64,000 bases of DNA from Nitrospirota bacterium (GTDB lineage Bacteria; Nitrospirota; UBA9217). The stretch is taken from the NCBI GenBank assembly GCA_963845065.1, contig CAWJQQ010000001.1, positions 1,120,001 to 1,184,000 of the forward strand, read 5' to 3'. A program made the translations under genes and the position numbers. This document shows positions 19,899 to 29,225 of this stretch, one piece after another; position 1 is the stretch's first letter; every line of letters starts with the position of its first letter. The notes beneath the pieces were generated by a model that worked only from the letters and a program-made list of their open reading frames with translations, did not search any database and was not told the DNA's origin.

Positions 19899-20300
19899 AT
19901 GGATGAAAGTCAACAGAGACTTGTAGGCGATAAGTTGAAACAGGCAAAAGAATCTCTGGAGGATGCAAAGGCACTCATGGTCCAGGACGTGGAAGTCAAT
20001 TTCGTGATGAACAGCCTGTACTATGCTTTTTTGTATCCCGTCCTCGGGCTACTTCAGGCTTCAGGAATAGCGGCGCATATGCAAAGCACGGCGATATCTC
20101 TCTTTGAGCAGGAATCCTCTGATAGATGGGGTATAGATGACAGGTTTATTGGTGCACTACGAAAGGCTTTTGAACTTCGACCTGCTTGCACCTGTGAAGG
20201 GCAAAAAAAGGCAACGCCTAAGGACGTAGAACAACTCTTGCCTTTAGCTGAAGAATTTTTAAAAAAAGTCGAACAGCTGATTTCATCAAATGACCATTGA
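19899..20300 (+). CDS. HEPN domain protein (UPF0332-like), orphan
   Basis: A.ESLEDA.., LYYAF, AFELR, A.EFL..V helical HEPN pattern; GGAG RBS. Confidence 0.7.
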   Translation: MDESQQRLVGDKLKQAKESLEDAKALMVQDVEVNFVMNSLYYAFLYPVLGLLQASGIAAHMQSTAISLFEQESSDRWGIDDRFIGALRKAFELRPACTCEGQKKATPKDVEQLLPLAEEFLKKVEQLISSNDH

Positions 20301-20756
20301 TCACCTGTCCGGCCATACCTCGGCTAGGTGCGAATAGCGATGCGCGGGGGCACGCGGACAACGTTTTTTTATGGTCATTCTTTGGTCGTTTGTTGATTCA
20401 TGAAAGATATCGCCAACACTGTCAACATTGAGGTCGGATAACTTCCCAACGCGAACAACTCGAACTGGCTGTTTTAAGGTTGTTTGCGAGAGTTAAATTA
20501 TCTGGTCGACTTAGCTTCCAGTATCGGGTATGCATTTTGCGGATTCCTTTAAGCTCCAGGAACACATGTGTCGGAAATAAGGATCTGTAATTGAAAACAT
20601 TGACCGGCTTTGTCCGTTTTCTAAGGATTGTCACAAATGCGGTTCTATCCACAAAGTCTTGAATTTGAATGATTGTATCTGGACCCGTTTTGTGTGGAAA
20701 ATAGAACATGCTAGAGGTGAAATGCTGAAATTGTGATCCACAAAGTGGGTGAATCT

Positions 20757-20853
20757 AACCATTGGAGAAGAGCAGTAGGACTGACTTTCTATACGACAGC
20801 AATTCCGCCTGTAGCCCAGAATCCCGCACGACTTAATGGTCGGAGTACGATAA
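20757..20853 (+). mobile_element. Degenerate tnpB tail plus IS605-type right end remnant
   Basis: Encodes RRAVGLT (like tnpB C-terminal tails), followed by GAATCCCGCACGACTTAATGGTCGGAGTACGATAA resembling an IS605 right-end hairpin. Confidence 0.45.
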
Positions 20854-20955
20854 AAACGAAATTCATTTCTGGATTTTTCCCCCTGCCTCTGGTATATTAC
20901 AATAACTTTTCAAATTTGGATTATTTTATGACAAGTTTAGAGTGCAGGATTTATC

Positions 20956-21912
20956 GTGAAAGTAGCAGAATATTCTCATAAGAAATCAACGATTAGGCGT
21001 TATAACACTTTCGGTCAATATATGAAGGACCTGTATCACGTGCCTGTCTATAAGGTTAACGTGGATGCTGGGTTCACGTGCCCGAACCGCGATGGCACGG
21101 TGGCCACAGGCGGTTGTATATACTGCAATAATGACAGTTTCCGACCTGCGGCTTGCATGAGTACCGTTTCGATACGTGAACAGATACAAAAGGGGATCCC
21201 CTATCTCCGCTCGCGTTATGGTGCGGAGAAATTTATCGTTTACTTCCAGCCGTACACGAACACCTATGCTGCTGTTGAGATTCTTGAACAGCTCTACCGG
21301 GAGGCGCTTGATAACCCCGGAGTTGTCGGGCTCGCCATCGGCACACGACCTGACTGCATTGACAATGAAAAAATCGGGCTTCTGGAAACTCTTGCACGCG
21401 ATCATTTTGTTCTTGTTGAATACGGACTCCAATCCATTTACGACAAAACCCTGGATTTTATTAACCGTGGCCATAACTACTCATGTTTTAAAAATGCATT
21501 ATCGCTGACCATCGGAAGGGGCATCAAGGTGGGGGCTCATATCATCCTCGGATTGCCGACTGAGACGCGTGAGGAGATGCTCGGTATGGCTGATGAACTT
21601 TCGCACCTGCCGATTGAGTTTCTCAAGATCCACCAGCTGCAAGTCGTCAGAGAAACGGAACTTGCCGGCTTATATACAACAAAGCCATTCCCAACGTTTG
21701 GGTATGAAGAGTATCTGACAATGCTTGCAGATTTTCTTGAACGGCTTGCTCCCGGCATCATTCTGCAGCGCCTCTTCGCGGCGGCACCGGAGGGGATTCT
21801 TATCGCGCCGATATGGAACAAGACCCGAAGTGCATTTTTGAATGACTTCGACGCCTATCTTGAAAAACGCGATAGCTTTCAAGGAAAGCTACGCGCTCCG
21901 CATGGATTATAA
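20956..21912 (+). CDS. TIGR01212 (YhcC-like) radical SAM protein
   Basis: DAGFTCPNRDG...GGCIYC, YFQPYTNTY, IGTRPDC, EYGLQS, INRGH, LKIHQL. Confidence 0.92.
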   Translation: MKVAEYSHKKSTIRRYNTFGQYMKDLYHVPVYKVNVDAGFTCPNRDGTVATGGCIYCNNDSFRPAACMSTVSIREQIQKGIPYLRSRYGAEKFIVYFQPYTNTYAAVEILEQLYREALDNPGVVGLAIGTRPDCIDNEKIGLLETLARDHFVLVEYGLQSIYDKTLDFINRGHNYSCFKNALSLTIGRGIKVGAHIILGLPTETREEMLGMADELSHLPIEFLKIHQLQVVRETELAGLYTTKPFPTFGYEEYLTMLADFLERLAPGIILQRLFAAAPEGILIAPIWNKTRSAFLNDFDAYLEKRDSFQGKLRAPHGL

Positions 21913-21986
21913 ATGGAAGATGTGAATTAAAAAATTGCGAATTATAGCCCGTACTTTCTAATTTTCTATGAACCGAAGGTGAATCA

Positions 21987-22676
21987 ATGATTGATCTCCA
22001 TACGCATTCCTTATTCAGCGACGGCGTGCTCGTCCCCTCGGAACTTGTTCGGCGCGCGGTGATAAAAGGCTATGAAATGATTGCTATAACAGACCATGGC
22101 GACGCATCGAACCTTGACTTCACTATTCCACGCGTGGCTGCAGTATGCAAGGAGTTAAATAGACGCTGGAAAATCACGGCGATACCGGGAATCGAACTGA
22201 CTCATATACCACCAGAGACCTTTACGGAGCTTACGCAGCGTGCCCGTTCACTCGGGGCGGTAATAATCGTAGCCCATGGAGAGACTCTTGTCGAACCGGT
22301 CCATCCCGGTACAAACCGTGCTGCAATCGAGGCAAAGGTGGACATTCTAGCTCATCCCGGACTTATTACAAAAGAGGAAACATCTCTTGCTGCGAAGAAC
22401 GGGGTATGCTTGGAGATCACGACCCGCAAAGGACACAGTTTGTCGAACGGGCACGTTGCCAAGGTGGCGCTTGAGGCTGGCGCTACCTTAGTCATCGACA
22501 CGGACACGCACGAACCTGGAGATCTTGTCGATGATGAACAGGCCAGATATATTTTACGTGGTGCAGGCTTGAGTGTGGAACAGACCGAAATTGTGTTCCA
22601 TAATTCAAGGGAACTAGCAACTAAGGCAGCGACTGCTTTTAAAAAAAATAATTCGTCGTTTATCCAATGCGGTTAA
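21987..22676 (+). CDS. PHP-domain phosphoesterase (histidinol-phosphatase-like)
   Basis: DLHTHS..SDG, AITDH, GIELTH, HGETLVEPV, LAHPG, DTDTH. Confidence 0.9.
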   Translation: MIDLHTHSLFSDGVLVPSELVRRAVIKGYEMIAITDHGDASNLDFTIPRVAAVCKELNRRWKITAIPGIELTHIPPETFTELTQRARSLGAVIIVAHGETLVEPVHPGTNRAAIEAKVDILAHPGLITKEETSLAAKNGVCLEITTRKGHSLSNGHVAKVALEAGATLVIDTDTHEPGDLVDDEQARYILRGAGLSVEQTEIVFHNSRELATKAATAFKKNNSSFIQCG

Positions 22677-22716
22677 AATTTGCAAGATTAATACATTCAC
22701 CAGGAGGTTGTACCAG

Positions 22717-23430
22717 ATGCCGACCATAAAAAAAAGAAGTGGAGCTGTGAAGGTTCAACAGGAGCAACAGATTGCGACGCTGGCGCATAAAATACAAAGC
22801 CTCATAGCGGGATACAGGATACATTTTCTGATCGTTGCTTTTTCCATTGTTGTTGTGATCATGTTGTTCGCAGGCTTTTCCCTTCTGCGTGCTGCCCAAG
22901 AAAAGAAGGCGACTCCGTTGGTTGCCGTTGCCTATGAATATTATAGCTCTTCTACAGGGACGAATATGACTTATGGGAAGGCGCTCGATCTGTTTCGTGA
23001 CGTTCAGAAAAAATATCCTGATACGGTCAGCGGGGCAATAGCTCAGTACTATATCGGCAACTGCCTTGTTAATCTCGGTCGAATTGATGAAGCACTCAAG
23101 GAATACCAGCTCTTCGTTGCGAAATATTCCCGTGACAAGTTCCTTCTCGGACTCGTATATCAGCGCATTGGTTATGCCTATCTCGCGCTGGGCAAGCAGG
23201 ATGATGCCAAGAAGGCATTCGAACAAGCTGAAGCACTGACCGGACCGAGTGTAGCGACAGTTGAACTTGCCAGGCTATATGAAGCAGAGGGCAATAAGCT
23301 CGAAGCTGAGGCAAAATATAAAGTTATAATGGATAAGATGAGTGGGACCTCCTGGGGAATGGAAGCGATGGGAAAGGTCCAGAAGATTTCTCCTCCCCCA
23401 CAAGTTGGGGAAACCCAATCAGCAAAATAG
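22717..23430 (+). CDS. Membrane-anchored tetratricopeptide repeat protein (YfgM-like)
   Basis: AGGAGG RBS, single TM helix, then TPR repeats (AQYYIGNCL..LG..DEA; IGYAYLALGK.DDA). Confidence 0.8.
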   Translation: MPTIKKRSGAVKVQQEQQIATLAHKIQSLIAGYRIHFLIVAFSIVVVIMLFAGFSLLRAAQEKKATPLVAVAYEYYSSSTGTNMTYGKALDLFRDVQKKYPDTVSGAIAQYYIGNCLVNLGRIDEALKEYQLFVAKYSRDKFLLGLVYQRIGYAYLALGKQDDAKKAFEQAEALTGPSVATVELARLYEAEGNKLEAEAKYKVIMDKMSGTSWGMEAMGKVQKISPPPQVGETQSAK

Positions 23431-23893
23431 TGGAATGATGTCAATCGAAAGGTAAATCCAGTTCTCGTCGGTGAACCCAAGCCGTAAGGGCAGAGGAGAC
23501 AGGCTTGGCCTCATAAAAAAGCGGATTTCGCTTAGCAAATCTAAGCCCAATTGGGAAAGTTTTTTTAAATATATTATATCTGCCTCTGCTCCTCCACTTG
23601 AGTTCGTGGTTTTGCACGAATGCACAATGTTCTGACCGGACTGATCGCGGACCGTAAGGGATGCTGGCTATAGCCACAGATACGAGGAACCTGTGAACTT
23701 GGTACCATGTAGGCCAGATAACGCAAAACTCGATCAAAAAGCGACGTAAGAACACCCCTGTTGCTGTTGCAGCACGTTATTAATAGATCACATAAATCCT
23801 GAACACACCGTCAACGATTATTCGAATGGACATTCTACATTATTTAATTGCGATAAAATATTTCAGTGACTGTCGAAGAACTAATGAACGCCT

Positions 23894-26497
23894 ATGCTGA
23901 CAAAAAGTGATTTAAAGATTTTATTCCTTGCCATTATTGGTTCTTTCCTGCTCTGGGTTGTCTATTCCTGTATTGACAGCTTAGTATTTCACGTGGCGTT
24001 CATCCCGTCCCTTTTCTACACTTCCTCGCATGAACTTTACTTCCGGTTCTTTGGGGCCCTTAGTTTGATCATTTTCAGTTTAATAATCATTCAAATCAGA
24101 AAAAAACACAGGCAAATTGAAGAACGTTACAGGAACCTTGTAGAACTGGCGACCGATATTATTTACGTTTTAGACAAGGACGGCAATTACGTATTTATGA
24201 ACGACGCAGCATACCATATTCTGGAGTATGCTCCCGAAGAGGTAATAGGCAAACCGTGGCTGCAATTTATCCACCCTGAAGAACGGGAAAAGACGATGGA
24301 TAAATGGAAGGAGATGGCCAAGCAGGGAATAGACGTTTTTTATTTTGAAAATCGCTATATTACCAAAAGCGGTCAGTCTATTTCTATTATACACAATATA
24401 CGGTTTATCAGGAATGGAAAAGGAGCGCATGTCGGTACCCAGGTGATAGCACGGGATATAACTGAGCGGAAAGAGGCGGAAGAAGAACTTAAAAAAGCTA
24501 TGATGAAAATTGAAGACGAGAAGGTACGGTTTGAATCGATTATTTCAGCAATCGGAGACGGCATCAACATTTTAAACATGGATTTCAGGGTCCAGTACCA
24601 GAACCACGCCCAAAAAATGATGACCGGTGGAGGCGGAATCGGTGAAATTTGCTATTTGACGTATGGTGACGGGCACGTCTGCCCGGGCTGCCCTGTGGCT
24701 GAGACATTTCGTGACGGCAGGATTCACACAATGGAGAAAACGACAGTCCGGAATGATGAGATTAGGACATTGGAAATCAAGGCTTCTCCGTTGCTAGACT
24801 CCACCGGCAAGATTGTTGCTGGAATAGAAGCTATCAGGGACATCACTGATCGCAGGATGGCTGAAGAACAACTGATTCTTTTCTCCGAAGTGATCGAAGA
24901 GGCAATGGACGGTATCCAGATCATCGATCTCGAGGGGAGGGTCGTCTATTCGAATAAGGCAGTTGAAGAGATTTACGGTTATTCTCCAAGCGAACTCGCA
25001 GGCAGGAATATCAATGACATGAATGCGGATAGGGAGTTTGCCAATAGAATTATCATGCCTCAATTAAAAACGTCCGGACGGTGGAACGGTGAACTTCTCG
25101 TTGTCCACAAAGATGAAAGGATATTCCCCGTCTGGGTATCGGCCTCAATGGTAAAAAATCAGCGAGGTGAGCCAATCGCTATGGTCGAAATCATACGCGA
25201 TATCACTGAACGGAAGCAGGCCGAAGGGATTCTAAAGAGGAACCATGAACAGTTGATGAAGCTTGTCGAAGAGCGTACACGGGAACTAACCCGTACAAAT
25301 GAAAAACTGCGCAAGGAGATCGAAGACCGTGAACGGATGGAAGGGGAACTCGTAAAGGCCCAAAAACTCGAATCACTGGGGACTCTCGCCGGTGGTATCG
25401 CCCATGACTTTAATAACCTGCTCGCTTCCATCTTGGGTAATATATCTCTGGCCATGCTCGATCTACAGCCCTCGGAAGGTCCCTATCGCCAACTGGAGGC
25501 TGCAGAACGTGCTTCCCTCAGGGCACAAGACCTTACGTTACAGCTCCTGACCTTTTCGAAAGGCGGAGCGCCAGTTAAAAGAACAACGGTGATTTCCGAA
25601 TTGATCAAAGAAACTGCGGGATTTGCCCTGAGCGGATCGCGCGTTCGACACGAGTTCTCCTTCGCTGACGAGCTTTGGCTGCTCGATATCGATGAAGGTC
25701 AGATCAGTCAAGTCATCCACAATCTAGTCATTAACGCTGATCATGCCATGCCTGAAGGCGGGACTATAACGATTTACTGTGAAAACTGCGTCATCACTGA
25801 TTCGAGCGGTCTTCCTCTACGGCCGGGGGATTACGTAAAGGTCAGTGTGAAAGATCACGGCGTTGGGATCGTCCGGGAGCATCTTTCAAAGATTTTTGAT
25901 CCTTACTTTACCACCAAGCAAAAAGGAAGCGGCTTAGGGCTCGCTACGTCCTATTCGATCATCAAGAAACACGGTGGGCATATCATGGCCGAATCTGAAT
26001 TGGGCGTCGGCACGACTTTTACCTTTTATCTTCCAGCATCGAGGGCCAGAAAGCTTCCCAAACGAGCCGATGAAATGATACTAGTCACAGGGACTGGCAA
26101 AATACTTCTGATGGACGATGAGGAGGATGTCAGGCAGACGACCGGCGATGTGTTGAAGCGGCTTGGCTACGAGGTTCAGTTTGCCGAGGATGGAGCAAAA
26201 GCGATAGAATTATATCAGCAAGCAAAAAAATCAGGTCAGTCATTTGATGCAGTTATCATGGACCTGACTGTCCCCGGAGGTATGGGGGGCAGGGATGCAT
26301 TGACCAAACTCCTTGCAATAGACCCGAAAGTAAAGGCAATCGTATCAAGCGGTTATTCTAACGACCCGATCATGGCGGATTTTCGGAGGTACGGTTTCCG
26401 CGGTGTTGTGACCAAGCCCTACCGACTAAAAGATCTGGGAGAGACATTGCGCAATGTATTACTGAACGGAGTGTCCAAGCCGTCTGATACTGACTAA
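23894..26497 (+). CDS. Hybrid sensor kinase (TM, 3xPAS, HisKA, HATPase, REC)
   Basis: Three PAS domains ending RDITE/DR, AGGIAHDFNNLL, PYFTTK..GSGLGL, C-terminal REC (MDDE, MDL, KP). Confidence 0.93.
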   Translation: MLTKSDLKILFLAIIGSFLLWVVYSCIDSLVFHVAFIPSLFYTSSHELYFRFFGALSLIIFSLIIIQIRKKHRQIEERYRNLVELATDIIYVLDKDGNYVFMNDAAYHILEYAPEEVIGKPWLQFIHPEEREKTMDKWKEMAKQGIDVFYFENRYITKSGQSISIIHNIRFIRNGKGAHVGTQVIARDITERKEAEEELKKAMMKIEDEKVRFESIISAIGDGINILNMDFRVQYQNHAQKMMTGGGGIGEICYLTYGDGHVCPGCPVAETFRDGRIHTMEKTTVRNDEIRTLEIKASPLLDSTGKIVAGIEAIRDITDRRMAEEQLILFSEVIEEAMDGIQIIDLEGRVVYSNKAVEEIYGYSPSELAGRNINDMNADREFANRIIMPQLKTSGRWNGELLVVHKDERIFPVWVSASMVKNQRGEPIAMVEIIRDITERKQAEGILKRNHEQLMKLVEERTRELTRTNEKLRKEIEDRERMEGELVKAQKLESLGTLAGGIAHDFNNLLASILGNISLAMLDLQPSEGPYRQLEAAERASLRAQDLTLQLLTFSKGGAPVKRTTVISELIKETAGFALSGSRVRHEFSFADELWLLDIDEGQISQVIHNLVINADHAMPEGGTITIYCENCVITDSSGLPLRPGDYVKVSVKDHGVGIVREHLSKIFDPYFTTKQKGSGLGLATSYSIIKKHGGHIMAESELGVGTTFTFYLPASRARKLPKRADEMILVTGTGKILLMDDEEDVRQTTGDVLKRLGYEVQFAEDGAKAIELYQQAKKSGQSFDAVIMDLTVPGGMGGRDALTKLLAIDPKVKAIVSSGYSNDPIMADFRRYGFRGVVTKPYRLKDLGETLRNVLLNGVSKPSDTD

Positions 26498-26615
26498 AGA
26501 AAGACTGGAATCGTAGACCGTATTTCACACCGGATTATATCCTGGTGTTTAAAGTGATGTATCCATTTTGAGCAAAATATGTAGACCTAAACAGTCGTTG
26601 AGCATTATATTCTTG

Positions 26616-26643
26616 AAAAAAGGCTGAAAGCAATACCCAGCCT
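26616..26643 (-). terminator. Rho-independent terminator of mltD
   Basis: Minus strand reads AGGCTG-GGTATTGCTTT-CAGCCT-TTTTT, ~30 bp after the stop. Confidence 0.65.
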
Positions 26644-26670
26644 GTTGCATTTTTTATATGTGTTTCCTGC

Positions 26671-28014
26671 TTAAATCTGATCGCTATCCACTACGAGTTT
26701 GATTTTTTGTCCTGCGCGTATTGCTGCGCTTATTCCCTTGTTCCATTCCTTGATATCGGCAACGGTCACGTTGTGTTTTTTTGCGATTCTAGCAAGCGTC
26801 TCTCCGCGCCTTACGCGGTACAATATCTCCTGTTGCTTGCCACCCTGTTCCGGGGTGAGATAACTGACGTCCTGAGCCTTTGCATTGATGTCTATCGGAA
26901 TAAGAAGATGTTTGCCGGGCTTTATACGGACTTTCTTTAGTCCGTTGATATCGCGGATCGCTTCGGATGACGTATTATACTGTTTTGCTAGGCTTGACAG
27001 GGTTTCACCTCTTTTCACCTCATGGCGTTCCCATTTAATCTTCTGCTCTGCAGGGATCGCTGAGAAATTTGCAAGAAACGCTTCTTTCCTCCCAGCAGGA
27101 ATTCTCAGAACGTATTTGTCGAAGTCAGGAGGAGTAACCCATCGTCTGAGTTCTGGGTTCAATTCCTTGATCTCTTCATAGGTGCACCCAGCGCAGCGGG
27201 CAAGAAGCCGAAGATCCGTGCTTTCTTCAATAACTACCTCATCATAATTAAAAGGGTTATTGGTGGCAATTGAGAATCCGTAGGATTCAGGATTTTTTGC
27301 GATAATGGTCGCGGCCATGAATTTGGGCACATAATTCTTGGTCTCTCTGCGAATGTATCGCGAGGCTTTCAGATCCCAGAAATCATCCGACCGAGTCCTA
27401 AGTACGGCGCGCTGAACCTTACCGGCGCCTGCGTTATACGAAGCAAGAGCTAACGGCCAGGAACCGAATAGGTTGTGCAGGTCTTTGAGATGCTCAGCGG
27501 CCGCATAGGTCGATTTCACGGGATCCTTGCGCTCATCAATCCACCAGTCAATCTTGAGGCCGTAAAGTTTTCCCGTTGCCGGCATGAACTGCCAAGGGCC
27601 GACGGCATTTGCCCAGGACACGGCGTAGGGGTTGAAACCGCTTTCGATCATGGCAACATATACCAGATCCTCTGGCAGGTTTTTCTCGCGGAAGATGTCT
27701 TTCATCACTGGAATGTATCTGGCTGACCTGTCGAGCCATCTCTGAAATACTTCTCGCCCTCGCGTCTTGAAGTACTCGAGATTGTTCTCGACGCTATCAT
27801 TTAGGATCATGGGGAAGCTAAATGGTTTTTCTTCGGCTGTTTCATCGATGTTTTCATCGAGCTGGGCAACATCTTCCGTAGGGGGTTTTAACTGAGAGGG
27901 AATTCCGGTTGTCTGATCCTGAGAGGGGACCGGTGTATCCGCAAAAATTGGTTGGGAATGAAGAAATAGTGCAGTGCTAACTATCAGTAAAATATGAATA
28001 ATTCTTCGGATCAT
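26671..28014 (-). CDS. mltD: LysM-containing lytic murein transglycosylase (MltD family)
   Basis: SLT motifs IESGFNP.A.S.A.A.G.WQFM..TG, ALASYNAG, ETKNYVPK; two LysM repeats. Confidence 0.92.
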   Translation of the reverse strand: MIRRIIHILLIVSTALFLHSQPIFADTPVPSQDQTTGIPSQLKPPTEDVAQLDENIDETAEEKPFSFPMILNDSVENNLEYFKTRGREVFQRWLDRSARYIPVMKDIFREKNLPEDLVYVAMIESGFNPYAVSWANAVGPWQFMPATGKLYGLKIDWWIDERKDPVKSTYAAAEHLKDLHNLFGSWPLALASYNAGAGKVQRAVLRTRSDDFWDLKASRYIRRETKNYVPKFMAATIIAKNPESYGFSIATNNPFNYDEVVIEESTDLRLLARCAGCTYEEIKELNPELRRWVTPPDFDKYVLRIPAGRKEAFLANFSAIPAEQKIKWERHEVKRGETLSSLAKQYNTSSEAIRDINGLKKVRIKPGKHLLIPIDINAKAQDVSYLTPEQGGKQQEILYRVRRGETLARIAKKHNVTVADIKEWNKGISAAIRAGQKIKLVVDSDQI

Positions 28015-28221
28015 TTTTTCTCCTACTTAGTTATTAAGTTACCCTTTTTGGCAGTATTTGTCAATTAAAAATCGCCGCCGGTTAGCAATAATATATATTT
28101 AGCTTATCGACACTTTCTGAAAAAAATTTAGGAGTTTTGTCCGAGAAACCCCTTTTGTATAAACGGTGGTTCTTCTTCTGGTCTGCTTGTATTTTAGGTC
28201 ATTGTTTTGTATTATGATAAG

Positions 28222-28980
28222 ATGCAAGATGCTCACGTTTACGAAATCTTTGCTTCAATTCAAGGAGAGGGGCTGTGGATCGGGCAGCGTCAAATCTTCG
28301 TCCGATTTCAGGGTTGTGATATCCATTGTTGTTATTGCGACACACCTACTGCTCGTTCACTGGAACTAAGCGCAGTTGATGGGCAGGATTGTACCGTTCA
28401 GGTGGGACCGGAACCGGACGCTGAAAAGCAACAAGTACGCAATCCGATATCTGCGCACAATCTGAGCGCACTATGCGCAAGATTGATCATTCCTGGTCCT
28501 TCACGACAGGTGCTCAGTCTGACAGGTGGGGAGCCTTTGCTTCAATCCGATTTTTTGGCCTGGTGGCTCCCGCTGGTGAAAAGAAGCTATTTAATCTACC
28601 TTGAAACCAACGGAATTCATGACCAAGCTATGAAAACCGTATACGACCTTGTTGACGTCGTAAGCATGGATTTCAAACTCCCTTCATCCACAGGGTTACA
28701 CCCGTTTTGGAAAGAGCATGAAAAGTTCATGGCAGCTTGTGATGGCAAGGAACTGTTCGTAAAAGCTGTTGTGACGAAAGATGCGACAAAAGAAGACATC
28801 CAGAGATCGGCGCGCCTTATCGCGAAAGCTGATGCATCCATTCCGCTTGTTCTTCAACCAGCCGGCGGTGTCTTCGCTCCCGCAGCCGCCATGCTGATAG
28901 AACTGCAGAACGAAGCACTTCAAGTCATTGCAGATGTTCGCGTGATTCCTCAGGCTCATAAGATGTTGGGTGTACCTTAA
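28222..28980 (+). CDS. queE: 7-carboxy-7-deazaguanine synthase (radical SAM)
   Basis: EIFASIQGEG, FVRFQGCDIHCCYCDT, TGGEPLLQ, LETNG, VIPQAHK. Confidence 0.9.
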   Translation: MQDAHVYEIFASIQGEGLWIGQRQIFVRFQGCDIHCCYCDTPTARSLELSAVDGQDCTVQVGPEPDAEKQQVRNPISAHNLSALCARLIIPGPSRQVLSLTGGEPLLQSDFLAWWLPLVKRSYLIYLETNGIHDQAMKTVYDLVDVVSMDFKLPSSTGLHPFWKEHEKFMAACDGKELFVKAVVTKDATKEDIQRSARLIAKADASIPLVLQPAGGVFAPAAAMLIELQNEALQVIADVRVIPQAHKMLGVP

Positions 28981-29019
28981 TATTTGTTGCCCGTAAACCA
29001 TTCACGTTGAATAATTCAA

Positions 29020-29195
29020 GGTGGGTATCCCCTTGACTCAGGTAGCCACAATAGCTTGTGAAGTACTTAACACTAGGCACCCGATTACATCCTCATGAGC
29101 GACAATATTTCATTCGGTTAGCACGAAATGCCGAGTGGTTCTTCCTGAATACATATCTACATATTGGGGTTACCTGAGCGAAGGGGATACCCACC
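29020..29195. mobile_element. 176-bp MITE with 34-bp terminal inverted repeats and 8-bp target-site duplication
   Basis: TIRs 29020-29053 and 29162-29195 (30/34 match, start GGTGGGTATCCCCTT); TAATTCAA duplicated at 29012-29019 and 29196-29203. Confidence 0.85.
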
Positions 29196-29225
29196 TAATT
29201 CAAATTTAAATCCACTGACAAAAGC

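Noticed and set aside
23445..23512. c-di-GMP-I (GEMM) riboswitch
   Set aside because: Only a GGTAAA start resembles it; the GAAA tetraloop and GACGCAAA junction are not in place
29020..29195. 6S RNA (similar size, paired ends)
   Set aside because: An exact 8-bp flanking duplication and TIR structure favour a MITE; no 6S central-bubble motifs recognised
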